Source: a virus
Taxonomy: Duplodnaviria; Caudoviricetes
Reading direction: 5' to 3' (one strand)
Virus record (IMG/VR): IMGVR_UViG_3300025018_000243
Span: 1-43,447 of that record
Length of the DNA stretch: 43,447 nucleotides
Shown: positions 19,088-28,265 of the stretch, piece by piece
Layout of the letters: the number at the start of each line of letters is the position of its first letter
How positions within the stretch are numbered: position 1 is the first letter of the stretch
The notes under the pieces: model-generated
The model's database searches: none
What the model was told of the DNA's origin: nothing
The model's input: the letters and a program-made list of their open reading frames with translations, nothing else
Translations under genes and position numbers: made by a program

Positions 19088-19352
19088 TTGCGTCGCTCTT
19101 CCTACGCCTCCAAACACCCCAATGTGTCTCTACGACAACTATTCAAAAGACGACAAAAAAGACTACTCAAAAAGCCCTGTTTTTCACTGTTCTGCAGCCA
19201 ACGGAACCGAGTTTGAAATCCCCTGGAACTCTCCGAGTGCCAAAAACATGGTAGGGACTCCCCACGATGATTACGTAAGGCTTAACGCCTATTACAAAAA
19301 ACTATTCGACATCTTAGAGCGCGAGCTTCTTGAAAAAGCCAATAGGAGATGA
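19026..19352 (+). CDS. Putative outer-membrane lipoprotein spanin (Rz1-like); start uncertain (CTG 19026 or TTG 18933)
   Basis: KKLR, then hydrophobic YVVFATLAPSF, then lipobox-like LCSC and Pro-rich PTPPNTP. Confidence 0.5.
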   Translation: MKKLRPTYVVFATLAPSFLCSCVALPTPPNTPMCLYDNYSKDDKKDYSKSPVFHCSAANGTEFEIPWNSPSAKNMVGTPHDDYVRLNAYYKKLFDILERELLEKANRR

Positions 19353-19753
19353 GCATGTATAAATTTGGAACCAGATCCACAAAAAACCTTAGCGAAGCCC
19401 ACCCGGATCTCCAGGCTCTTTTTAACGAAGTGATCAAGCACTATGACTGCACAGTCATTGAAGGGTACAGAGGAGAAGATGAACAAAACAAAGCTTACCA
19501 CGCGGGAGCATCTAAATTAAAGTTTCCGCAGAGCAAACACAACAAAACTCCATCTCTTGCCGTTGACGTTTGCCCGTACCCCATTGATTGGAAAGATAAA
19601 GATCGCTTTTATCACTTTGTTGGTTTTGTTAAGGGTGTGGCCTCCCAAATGGGGATTAATATCAGGTGCGGCGCAGACTGGGATGGCGACAATGATTTTA
19701 AAGACCAATCCTTCCATGACTTACCTCATTTTGAGCTGGTGGAGGAAAAATGA
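19349..19753 (+). CDS. Endolysin, M15 family L-Ala-D-Glu peptidase (T5-like)
   Basis: EGYR..EQ...SKH...AVD...DLPHFEL Zn-peptidase motifs. Confidence 0.93.
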   Translation: MSMYKFGTRSTKNLSEAHPDLQALFNEVIKHYDCTVIEGYRGEDEQNKAYHAGASKLKFPQSKHNKTPSLAVDVCPYPIDWKDKDRFYHFVGFVKGVASQMGINIRCGADWDGDNDFKDQSFHDLPHFELVEEK

Positions 19754-20196
19754 AATTTAAAGGTCACGACATCTTTTTAGACAAACAAGATCAACATTAT
19801 CTTGAAAGCCACAATTGGTATGTCCATCGAGCTGGTAAAAAATTATACCTGCGAGGCTATGTAAAAGGTAAGAGATCTTCAGGTTTGGTTTATCTTCATC
19901 GGTTAATATTAAACGGTAAAGAAATAGATCATTTAGACGGAAATGGTCTTAATAACGCAAGAAAAAATTTACGGGTATGTACTCGAACACAAAACAACGG
20001 CAACAGAGTGGATTATGGGTCTAAGGGCGTTTATTTAGATACTTTCTCTGGCCGTTATAAAGCAGAAATTTGGTTTGAAGGAAAGAAGCTAAGTCTTGGT
20101 CGATATAATGACTTTAAAGACGCGAAAAGAGCTTACAACCGAAAACACAAGGAACTGTTTAAAGAGTTCGCCAATGTGGTGGAGGTAACGGCATGA
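19750..20196 (+). CDS. HNH homing endonuclease with AP2 domain
   Basis: LHRLI...IDHLDGNGLNNARKNLR HNH motif; SKGV...YKAEI...LGRY...AKRAYN AP2 motif. Confidence 0.92.
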   Translation: MKFKGHDIFLDKQDQHYLESHNWYVHRAGKKLYLRGYVKGKRSSGLVYLHRLILNGKEIDHLDGNGLNNARKNLRVCTRTQNNGNRVDYGSKGVYLDTFSGRYKAEIWFEGKKLSLGRYNDFKDAKRAYNRKHKELFKEFANVVEVTA

Positions 20197-20567
20197 TTAT
20201 TCTAAGTAATGGGTACAAGCTACCCGAGACAGGTGACTTTGGAGATGTCTGGTTCCCGGCTCTTGAAGACAACATTCAGCGAACAAATGATCATACTCAC
20301 AATGGCACTAACTCAAGTAAAATATCTTCTTCCAGTATCAACGTGATTACTCAGGCCATTGCAAGCGGAGACTTTGCTCCCGATGGAGATAGGCTTTCAG
20401 CGACCATTTCTCTTGCAGGTGGAGCTGTTTCACTTGATACCAAGACTGTGATCGTGCGAGACGGTACAACAAAAAATCCGCTTTATATGGACATCCAAAA
20501 AATCGGCACGACTCAGTTGAAAGTTTTCACTGAGATCGCACGAGATGTCGAGGTTGTTATCGTATGA
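20193..20567 (+). CDS. Putative virion/tail protein
   Basis: LPETGD...NIQRTNDHTHNG fibre-like N-terminus; coupled to both neighbours. Confidence 0.65.
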   Translation: MIILSNGYKLPETGDFGDVWFPALEDNIQRTNDHTHNGTNSSKISSSSINVITQAIASGDFAPDGDRLSATISLAGGAVSLDTKTVIVRDGTTKNPLYMDIQKIGTTQLKVFTEIARDVEVVIV

Positions 20568-22825
20568 TTGAGACTCAACCACTCGAAGTTGATGATTTTA
20601 CTGGAGGGATCACAGATTTCTTCATTGACGGTCGGCCTGACCAGGCTGAAGCAATGGAGAACTTACTTATTAATCCCAACAGAAAACCATTTACTCGTTG
20701 GGGAAGTGAGGCTGCGGTTCCAGAGCAAATACCCCTGGGGCTCTTTCGCATTTCGTATCTTGATTTCTTAAACAGCGATCTCTTCGCATTCGCCCAGCGC
20801 AGAGGGTATTATAATAATGCAGGTTCATGGGCTGAACTCTTAGGCCCTAGTGGAGACCCCATATTTGACCAGGGAGATGTTAACTCCCAAGTGACAACCG
20901 CCCAATGGCAAGGGCATATGTTCCTTACAAACTCCGCCTACTCTTCTGCACAAAAAGTGTACCTTGATGAAAACGGCGACTACCAATTGCGAAATGCAGG
21001 GCTTCCACAGTTCAACACCACAGGTCTTTCACTCACTCCGCCTCCAGGGGCTGGGGCTTCTTACATTTACGTATTCATATACAAATACACTTACAAGGTA
21101 GAAGACGTAACTTTCATTGACAGAGGTCCTACGTATCAGACCGCAGTCATCCAAGGTGGAACCATTGCCCCTGGTAATGGAACAAACATCACTCTTTCCA
21201 CAGCTCTCACAGCAAATGAGAACTGGGATATTGCCAACATTGAAATTGAAATCTATCGAACACTTGACGGAAGTGATGACTTTTTTCTCGCAGCGACTCT
21301 CCCGCTTGGAACAGCCAACTATGTTGATGAAGTCATAGACTCTGTTCTCAACACGGGTCTTGGGCTTTACACCAACGCCGGAGCTATTCCTTCACTTGAA
21401 GCTCCACCACGAGCGAAGTTCGTTCATATCGTTAACGATACGGCGTACTGGGCAAACCTTCAGACAGGTGCTGAAGACGACGAGTATTTGATCCGTCAAT
21501 CTGTTCCTGCAGAACCCGACTCCGTACCCGCTGATTTTTTTGCCAGGGCTGAACAAAAGATCAAAGGGCTTTCCAGTATTTATGACAGACCTATTCTTTT
21601 GTGCGAAGGGTACATCTACCGGATTGACAACATCATTCAGGCCAATGGCTCAGGCAACATGGATCTGCGCCGAATTGACGATGAAGCTGGTTGTGCTTCA
21701 CAGGCCAGTATTGTAGCAACTCATAAGGGCCTTTTTTGGGCCGGGAAAGTGGGCTTTTATTGGACCGATGGATTTAAAGTCAAAAAAATCTCAAGACATC
21801 TTCCCGACACCTACGCACGTTTAGTTCTCAACGAAGCCAGAGCATCCCGTATTCAAGGTACATACGATGCGACTAACGAGCGGGTCATTTGGACTGTCTG
21901 CAAGAATGCAGGAGATAACGAGCCCGACACTCTTTTTGTTATGGATCTGAAATGGATGGAGCAACACTTTGGGAGAGATGAAGCCTGCTTTACCACAATG
22001 TCTGGTGGAAACTCTTTTAGGCCAACTGCGATTGCTTTTAACGGGAACAAACTTTATCGCGGGGACACCCGTGGTTTTGTACTCGAGCATGCAGTCAGCT
22101 ATTTCACAGATCCTCGGATTGATGTTATAACTCCCGTTGCCAATTGGGAGCGTATAACAATCATCCACAATTACCTTTCTTGCTTCGTTGATTTTGGAAC
22201 CAAGTTTATTCGCAAGTTTGTCCCACGCATTTTGATAAGTGCAGACAACGCGACAAACCTTTCGCTGGCGATAAACTCATCAAACGATAATGACCGAGTG
22301 AAGGGCGAGCTTGCCCCTATTCGTTATCGAGACAACATCACATGGGGAGAAGACTTACCTCTCTGGGGAGATCCTGCAGCGAAGTGGAACTCCCAGGGGT
22401 TAATTGAGCAATGGCGTAGGTTTCCGGCTGGAGGCTTACGTTGTAACTATAAACAGATACAACTCACAAACGCGACGGTTCAGATCGTTACTTCTGAACT
22501 TCTCGGTACAGCGACTGTTGATGGCTCCGCTAAGACTGCAACTCTTGGCGGATCGTTCACATGGCTTAACAATGCCATTGATTATTTAATTTCGTTTGAG
22601 ACCGACGACTATGTTGAAGAGTTCGTAGTAACCCAGCGCACCGATACGACATTAACATTTGCCGACCCTGCAGGAAAGGCTCCCACGGGAGTTCTTAATT
22701 GGATTATTAAGGGGAAGCCAAAAGGAGAGGTGCTTAAACTAAACGGATATGTGATCCATTGGGCTTTCCTCAGTAAATCGCATACACCATTTGGAGCTGG
22801 GAGTTTAGGGTCTAGTCCCTCATGA
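20564..22825 (+). CDS. Tail nozzle / DNA stabilisation protein (P22 gp10 / T7 gp12-like)
   Basis: 753 aa beta-propeller-like; N-terminal DFTGG...AMENLLI...RWG and GCASQASIV...LFW patterns. Confidence 0.7.
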   Translation: MIETQPLEVDDFTGGITDFFIDGRPDQAEAMENLLINPNRKPFTRWGSEAAVPEQIPLGLFRISYLDFLNSDLFAFAQRRGYYNNAGSWAELLGPSGDPIFDQGDVNSQVTTAQWQGHMFLTNSAYSSAQKVYLDENGDYQLRNAGLPQFNTTGLSLTPPPGAGASYIYVFIYKYTYKVEDVTFIDRGPTYQTAVIQGGTIAPGNGTNITLSTALTANENWDIANIEIEIYRTLDGSDDFFLAATLPLGTANYVDEVIDSVLNTGLGLYTNAGAIPSLEAPPRAKFVHIVNDTAYWANLQTGAEDDEYLIRQSVPAEPDSVPADFFARAEQKIKGLSSIYDRPILLCEGYIYRIDNIIQANGSGNMDLRRIDDEAGCASQASIVATHKGLFWAGKVGFYWTDGFKVKKISRHLPDTYARLVLNEARASRIQGTYDATNERVIWTVCKNAGDNEPDTLFVMDLKWMEQHFGRDEACFTTMSGGNSFRPTAIAFNGNKLYRGDTRGFVLEHAVSYFTDPRIDVITPVANWERITIIHNYLSCFVDFGTKFIRKFVPRILISADNATNLSLAINSSNDNDRVKGELAPIRYRDNITWGEDLPLWGDPAAKWNSQGLIEQWRRFPAGGLRCNYKQIQLTNATVQIVTSELLGTATVDGSAKTATLGGSFTWLNNAIDYLISFETDDYVEEFVVTQRTDTTLTFADPAGKAPTGVLNWIIKGKPKGEVLKLNGYVIHWAFLSKSHTPFGAGSLGSSPS

Positions 22826-23301
22826 GTACCAACACCACTCGCTTAGATTTACTGCTTAAGGAAATCGAGGACGAGTACGTTCAGGAAAACTTTTATCGTC
22901 TAAAGCTTTATCTCGAGCAACTCGCAGTCGGAAATACCACGGTTGTTAACCAACAAGTTTTAGGCCCCGGTGGAGAGCCAAGCACAAGCATTTGGTCCAA
23001 GCAAACTGTACTTTTGCCAGCAAGCTCAACGACAATTATTGACACAATACCTTTGGCGAGTTTCGGCCAACTTGAATATATCATTAACTATTTGAACACC
23101 TTCACAAGTGATAAAATGGGTTTAAAGATGACTGTCATAAACGACGATAGTACCATTGAAGAGCAAGTCTATGCCAAGTCAGGCGCACCGCTGAACTTAG
23201 GGTTATTCGCCAATGCTGTGGGGGTTAATTGCCAGATCTCCGTACAGAATAACGAAACCTCGCCTGTAGAAGTGTCCTTCGCAAAACTCAACATACCTTA
23301 A
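22822..23301 (+). CDS. Putative tail protein
   Basis: Coupled to the nozzle gene; beta-rich C-terminus. Confidence 0.6.
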   Translation: MSTNTTRLDLLLKEIEDEYVQENFYRLKLYLEQLAVGNTTVVNQQVLGPGGEPSTSIWSKQTVLLPASSTTIIDTIPLASFGQLEYIINYLNTFTSDKMGLKMTVINDDSTIEEQVYAKSGAPLNLGLFANAVGVNCQISVQNNETSPVEVSFAKLNIP

Positions 23302-23312
23302 GGAGGTAAATT

Positions 23313-23942
23313 ATGAGTAGAGTAAATTTTGCGGTGGAACAAGGTTACGACATTTATGCGTTAAATGGTAATCTTCTCGTTTCACAGTTGTCGGGTTCAG
23401 GTGCTCCCGGTGGAGATACTGGCCCACAAGATGCAGCACCTATTGGTTCAACGTACCAGCGAACAGACGGTACTTTTTATGTGAAGATTGCAGACACTGA
23501 TGCAACTTCTGACTGGCAAGCGTTTTCGTTTGTTTTGTCTGCAGGGTACACCCCTCAAAATGGTGATCCCACTGTTGGAGATTCTCTCGAAGAAGCCATC
23601 GAAAAACTTGACGGAAACCAGGATGACATTCAGTCAGCTCTTGGTATTGCTCAAGGAGATGTGGACTTCGGTACTTTCACAGGCGCATTGTTGTCTGACA
23701 ACCTCACCGCCAAAGCCTTGTTTCAAGAAATTGAAACCGCTGTGGAAGAAATTGATCAAAACGTCGATGATCTTATCTCTTTAACAGGAGTCGCTGAGAA
23801 CTCAACGGATCTTGGTACTTTCACTGGCTTAACGATCAGTGACAACAATAGCATTAAAGGAGCATTACAAGAACTCGAAACAGCTCTTGAATTGATCTCT
23901 GGCGGTGTCACTGTAAGAGCACGAAGAACGACTGTAGTCTAA
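23313..23942 (+). CDS. Fibre-like virion protein with GTFTG coiled-coil repeats
   Basis: GSGAP...APIGSTYQRT..G..YVK...W motif; GTFTGxxxSDNxxxKxxxQExETA x2; RBS AAGGAGG. Confidence 0.7.
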   Translation: MSRVNFAVEQGYDIYALNGNLLVSQLSGSGAPGGDTGPQDAAPIGSTYQRTDGTFYVKIADTDATSDWQAFSFVLSAGYTPQNGDPTVGDSLEEAIEKLDGNQDDIQSALGIAQGDVDFGTFTGALLSDNLTAKALFQEIETAVEEIDQNVDDLISLTGVAENSTDLGTFTGLTISDNNSIKGALQELETALELISGGVTVRARRTTVV

Positions 23943-23951
23943 AGGAATTAA

Positions 23952-24626
23952 ATGGATGTAGGTAAGGCTTATGAAGCCGATAATGGATTTTTAGTTACTG
24001 ATGGCCCCTTCTATACGGGAGGGGCTTTGTCGCCTGTTGGCCTTGGCTTACCTTCAAATACTATTTACGTTCAAACTCTTGCAAGTGGAATATTGGTTTG
24101 GCAAAAGTTCGGCGCAGGGGATACTGCATCTGACTGGCGGATTTATCCAGCCTCTGGCGTTTCTTTTGATGTTTCATCTCTTACAGGGAACTCTTTAGAC
24201 CTAGTGGGTCTTTCTCAAGTGCAACAAGTTGTTTCAGCCCTTGCTAATAGGCATTTTGGAAAACAATTTCAACCAGCCTTTACTGCAGCCGACTTAACGA
24301 CAACAAGCACAACTTTTATTGATATTCAAACTCTCACAACTCCAAGCCTCCCAAGTGGAAATTACCTGGCAATAGGGTACGCCAGCTATCAAAAAACCTT
24401 ACTCGCAGGACAAATACAGACTCGAATTTTCTTAAATAACACGACTGAATTTGGTCTTGCCCAAGTTTCGATGGACGACGATGACTTTTGGTTTCACTCC
24501 ACAACTTTTGCCTATTTACCAGGGATTAGTGGAGTGAATACGGTGGATCTTCAGATGCGTAAGTCAAATGGCGGTGGAGATATTTTAACTCGTAACCGTT
24601 TACTTCTATTTGTGAGGGTGAGTTGA
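23952..24626 (+). CDS. Fibre-like virion protein, N-terminus resembling 23313-23942
   Basis: GGALSP...NTIYVQT..G..WQK...SDW; C-terminal beta-sandwich. Confidence 0.65.
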   Translation: MDVGKAYEADNGFLVTDGPFYTGGALSPVGLGLPSNTIYVQTLASGILVWQKFGAGDTASDWRIYPASGVSFDVSSLTGNSLDLVGLSQVQQVVSALANRHFGKQFQPAFTAADLTTTSTTFIDIQTLTTPSLPSGNYLAIGYASYQKTLLAGQIQTRIFLNNTTEFGLAQVSMDDDDFWFHSTTFAYLPGISGVNTVDLQMRKSNGGGDILTRNRLLLFVRVS

Positions 24627-25177
24627 TGACTTTAAAACAATATAACTCGCAGACAGATTTTTCGAGCGGCCTACTTATCAGTCAACTTGACTCTGAGATA
24701 AGGGATGCTGAAGTTGTCACAGATTTTACAGGAGTTTTAAAAGAAGGAACAACCGTCAAAGTTTTCGGTGGGTCCTTAAATGATGAGTCAGCACTTGATG
24801 CTGTTATTGCCAGCCATGTCGCTAACTACACGTCTATTGTAATCCGAAACACAGTTCAACAAAACAAAACTTTCGCAGATGAAATGATGCAGAGTCTGAA
24901 AGAAAAGAACATCTCTGAGGGTCTTTCTACTATCGACCAAGCTGCTTGGGTTCATCATAAATTAAGAAAGGTGGACTACACTCTTTCAGATGAAACCACT
25001 GTCATTCAGATAGATGTGATGAACCTCGTGATCTCTGGCGATATTGAAACGGCTGAGAGTGTCTTAGGTCAAATGACCCCCGATGATATGAGTGAGGACC
25101 ACCATTGGTGGACTCAAGAGCGCATTGACTGGGTTAGAAACGAGATTAGGGCTTACCTGGGATGGCCTTTGATATGA
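24626..25177 (+). CDS. Hypothetical protein, possible fibre chaperone
   Basis: TGATG coupling; follows a fibre-like gene. Confidence 0.65.
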   Translation: MTLKQYNSQTDFSSGLLISQLDSEIRDAEVVTDFTGVLKEGTTVKVFGGSLNDESALDAVIASHVANYTSIVIRNTVQQNKTFADEMMQSLKEKNISEGLSTIDQAAWVHHKLRKVDYTLSDETTVIQIDVMNLVISGDIETAESVLGQMTPDDMSEDHHWWTQERIDWVRNEIRAYLGWPLI

Positions 25178-25371
25178 TGGATGCAACGACTTACATCATG
25201 ATCACCACAGCATTGACTTGGCTTGTCTGGGACATTGTTTTATATGTAAAACGTCAAAAAGATCCCAGGGTCTCAACGATAAGTATGATCTTAACAAGTT
25301 TTTCCTGGTATTCTCCGGCGTTGCCATTGGTCGCTGGGATTTTAATGGGTCACTGGTTTTGGCCTGCGTGA
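25174..25371 (+). CDS. Small two-helix membrane protein (holin-like)
   Basis: Two hydrophobic segments ending in GILMGHWFW; ATGA coupling. Confidence 0.6.
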   Translation: MMDATTYIMITTALTWLVWDIVLYVKRQKDPRVSTISMILTSFSWYSPALPLVAGILMGHWFWPA

Positions 25372-25382
25372 AGGGGGAGTAA

Positions 25383-26081
25383 ATGAATGTTCGCAAATAT
25401 TGGACACTTGCGCAGATAAGAGCGAAGATCAACCGAGATCTTGACCTGCAAGCTGAAGATTTTGTCAGCCGCACAGAAATTGTGGACTACATCAACGAAG
25501 CAATCGACGAGTGTGAAGCCGAGATCCACTCCCTTTATGAAGACTACTTTTTTACTCGCACAAAACTAAGCATCGTCCAGGGGCAAGAGTCCTACGTTTT
25601 GCCAGAGAATATCTATGGGCATAAGATACGCAAGGTTGTCTACACCAAAGAAGGCGAGATCTACGTGCTCCGCAGAACAAGACCCTGGAAGCTTGGTATC
25701 GACTACGCCATTGCCAAGGAGTACGACGTAAGTACGAACGTCTACAAGTATTTCATTGAAAACCCCACAGCCGGGGCTCCAGTGATTACGATCATGCCCA
25801 CCCCTGACGTGTCAGGACCTTTCGTGGACCTTTGGTATCTGCGTCAAGCCAACAGACTTGAGGCTGACACCGACATTTGCGATATTCCTGAGTTTATCAA
25901 CTTTATTTTTCAGTATGTTAAGGTTAGAGTTTATGAGAAAGAAGGGCATCCCAACGCGATGCAAGCACGTGGAGACTTGCAAGCACAGCGTATCTTGATG
26001 CAGGGGACATTGGCTGAAGCCCAGCCCGATGCTGAGAATGAAATTGAACTCGATACGACTCTTTATGAGGAGATGAACTAA
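25383..26081 (+). CDS. Head-tail adaptor / tail tubular protein A-like
   Basis: TLAQIRAKI...YINEAI...GQESYVLP...IMPTPD pattern of podovirus adaptors. Confidence 0.75.
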   Translation: MNVRKYWTLAQIRAKINRDLDLQAEDFVSRTEIVDYINEAIDECEAEIHSLYEDYFFTRTKLSIVQGQESYVLPENIYGHKIRKVVYTKEGEIYVLRRTRPWKLGIDYAIAKEYDVSTNVYKYFIENPTAGAPVITIMPTPDVSGPFVDLWYLRQANRLEADTDICDIPEFINFIFQYVKVRVYEKEGHPNAMQARGDLQAQRILMQGTLAEAQPDAENEIELDTTLYEEMN

Positions 26082-26788
26082 TGTTACAAAGTCAGGCAAA
26101 AGGACAACCACAACCCATGCAAGGCTCTGAAGAGTGGTTGGCAATGGAAGAGCGAAAACGTCAAAATGAACTTGCACAAGCTGAGAACGCTATGAAAGTA
26201 AAAATGGCTGGCGCTCCTGACCGTCCTGCATGGGAGTCTCTTTTAGGTAAAGACGGTCTTATGCGAGGCAACCTTCAGATAAAAGACCAACTCAATCGAG
26301 GCTACCTCGATCAAATGCGTTCGGATAATCTTCGTGCACCAGGGGAGCAAAGCCAATGGCGCGGCCTTATGGAGCAAAATGTTCAGAGGCAAGCAGGTGA
26401 CGCCAGTGCCAACGCGCAGGCTCAGACTGCAAACGCTATGAGTAACATGGCAATGTTTGGAGGTATTGGGAGCGGTTCGGCTGAGAGAATGGCTGGACGT
26501 GGTGCTCAACAAGCCGCCCTTGCGCAACAAAATGTTTTAGGTCAAAGGCTTAACCTCGACGTGCAAGACGAGCAAATGCGCCAGCAAGGACTTATGAACC
26601 TTGGTAATGCTGAAATGGGCGCAGCTCAGTACGGTACTGGTATTCAACAAGCCAACATCGGGAACACTCTTAACGAGAACCTTCAAAAACGTGATGAGAG
26701 TATCAATGCGTATAACGAGCAAATGCGAGCATGGGCTGCAGAGCGAACAGCCGCAGCAACTCCATCTTCTGGAGGCGGGAAGAAGTGA
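26081..26788 (+). CDS. Putative internal virion / ejection protein
   Basis: Q/A/M/G-rich and helical; MFGGIGSGS; C-terminal SSGGGKK. Confidence 0.6.
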   Translation: MLQSQAKGQPQPMQGSEEWLAMEERKRQNELAQAENAMKVKMAGAPDRPAWESLLGKDGLMRGNLQIKDQLNRGYLDQMRSDNLRAPGEQSQWRGLMEQNVQRQAGDASANAQAQTANAMSNMAMFGGIGSGSAERMAGRGAQQAALAQQNVLGQRLNLDVQDEQMRQQGLMNLGNAEMGAAQYGTGIQQANIGNTLNENLQKRDESINAYNEQMRAWAAERTAAATPSSGGGKK

Positions 26789-27207
26789 TTGAAGTTCGGA
26801 AACTTTCAAAAGATGAGTGGATGGATATGGCTGAAAAAGCTCATCTCATCTGCTTTAATGAAGAGCGTCCCCGTGAGCTTGACCGGATCGACTACGCTCT
26901 TTTGAATGTTTCCAATGAAGAAGTCCTTAACTACTGCACTGTAAAAGAGCTTGATGCTGAGAGTGTTTACTGGCAATTCGGTGGGGCTTTCCCAAACTCT
27001 AAAGGTACAGTTCACTCGGCCAGAAGTTACGCTCGAAATATCGCTTGGACTTTTTCACAAGGATATAAGCGCATCACAACATACGTCAAAAACACCAACA
27101 CCAATATGTTTCGCATCCAGCTTAAGTGCGGTTTTATTCCCGTGGGAATGAGAACCATTCAAGGTGAGATCTTTATTGAACTACTCCTGGAGGCTCCAAG
27201 TGAATAG
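26785..27207 (+). CDS. GNAT-family acetyltransferase-like protein
   Basis: GYKRITTYVKNTNTNMFRIQLKCGF GNAT C-terminal motif; GTGA coupling. Confidence 0.75.
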   Translation: MIEVRKLSKDEWMDMAEKAHLICFNEERPRELDRIDYALLNVSNEEVLNYCTVKELDAESVYWQFGGAFPNSKGTVHSARSYARNIAWTFSQGYKRITTYVKNTNTNMFRIQLKCGFIPVGMRTIQGEIFIELLLEAPSE

Positions 27208-27709
27208 CGTGGAACTAAGCCAGAAGCTTGAAAACACCATTACTGATTTCAGCAATCAAACTGAGATCACACCAGAGGTTCTAAAGACTCGCAGAGAAAG
27301 AATTTGTCAGCTTGAAGAAGCGATGAAAACTCTTCCGGCTTCTTACCGTATGCAAGAGTTCAACGAAGGAAAGATCAAGCACCACTTTGGCTCCAAGGTC
27401 TATGGAAGAGAACTTTTTATCCCGGCGAGCAACATCATTGTTTCTAAGATCCACCGGGGTAAAACTATCAATGTGATCACCCAAGGTTTCATCTCTGTCA
27501 TTTGTCCGCACAACGGGTACAACACTTACGAGGCTCCACATATTTTTGTGAGTGAGCCTTTCACAAAACGAATTGTCATAGCTCATGAAGACACTGTGTG
27601 GTTTACAGCTCATGGCAATCCAGATGATCTAACCGATCTTGATGAAATAGAAGAAATAACAATCGCTAAAGATTTTTCAGAATTAAACCAATTAAACGGG
27701 GGAGAGTAA
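27200..27709 (+). CDS. Cupin-fold phage protein
   Basis: HHF...YGRELFIP...SKIH...EAPHIF...TKR...AHEDTVWFTAH. Confidence 0.7.
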   Translation: MNSVELSQKLENTITDFSNQTEITPEVLKTRRERICQLEEAMKTLPASYRMQEFNEGKIKHHFGSKVYGRELFIPASNIIVSKIHRGKTINVITQGFISVICPHNGYNTYEAPHIFVSEPFTKRIVIAHEDTVWFTAHGNPDDLTDLDEIEEITIAKDFSELNQLNGGE

Positions 27710-27710
27710 T

Positions 27711-28256
27711 ATGTCATGGGTAGGAGTAGGCGTCGCTGCAGTCGGAGCTGTAGCTGGAAGTAGAGCGGCCAATCAAAACAGAAAGCAAGCCAGAGCGCAC
27801 GATGCTTTTAGAAAGCAGGCCATTACCTATTCTCCTTGGACAGGAATGGGCGACCCTGGAGCGGCCAACGTCGGAAATACTGACTCCTTTACAGGTATGC
27901 TCGGTGGAGCCGCCCAAGGTTATGCTGTGGGAAGTGGTATCGGCGGAGCATTTGGAAAAATGGGTGGAGCCGCCGCTGGAGCTGGAGGTATGGGAGCCGC
28001 TGGACAAAACGCTCTTGGTAGTAACCAAATGGTTGGCGAGCTTGGGCAAATGGGTCAGAATATGGGTCAGATGCAAGCTTCTCTTGGTTCTGCGGGTCCT
28101 GGAACATGGTCGCAGATGGCCGGGAGTGCAGGCGCTCTAGGTTCAGCAAACCAAATGCAGATGCCTCAACTCGGATCTGGTATGATGGGAATGAACAACC
28201 AAATGCAAGGCATGCAGCCTTACAGCCAAAAAAATCTTCTTGGCATGAACTACTAA
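27711..28256 (+). CDS. Gly-rich ejection protein (P22 gp7 / T7 gp14-like)
   Basis: MSWVGVGVAAVGAVAG N-terminus; G/A/M/Q-rich. Confidence 0.65.
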   Translation: MSWVGVGVAAVGAVAGSRAANQNRKQARAHDAFRKQAITYSPWTGMGDPGAANVGNTDSFTGMLGGAAQGYAVGSGIGGAFGKMGGAAAGAGGMGAAGQNALGSNQMVGELGQMGQNMGQMQASLGSAGPGTWSQMAGSAGALGSANQMQMPQLGSGMMGMNNQMQGMQPYSQKNLLGMNY

Positions 28257-28265
28257 GGTGGAACT

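Noticed and set aside
23900-23960. Programmed frameshift or truncation joining 23313-23942 to 23952-24626
   Set aside because: No slippery heptamer seen; the downstream gene has its own RBS (AAGGA) and ATG
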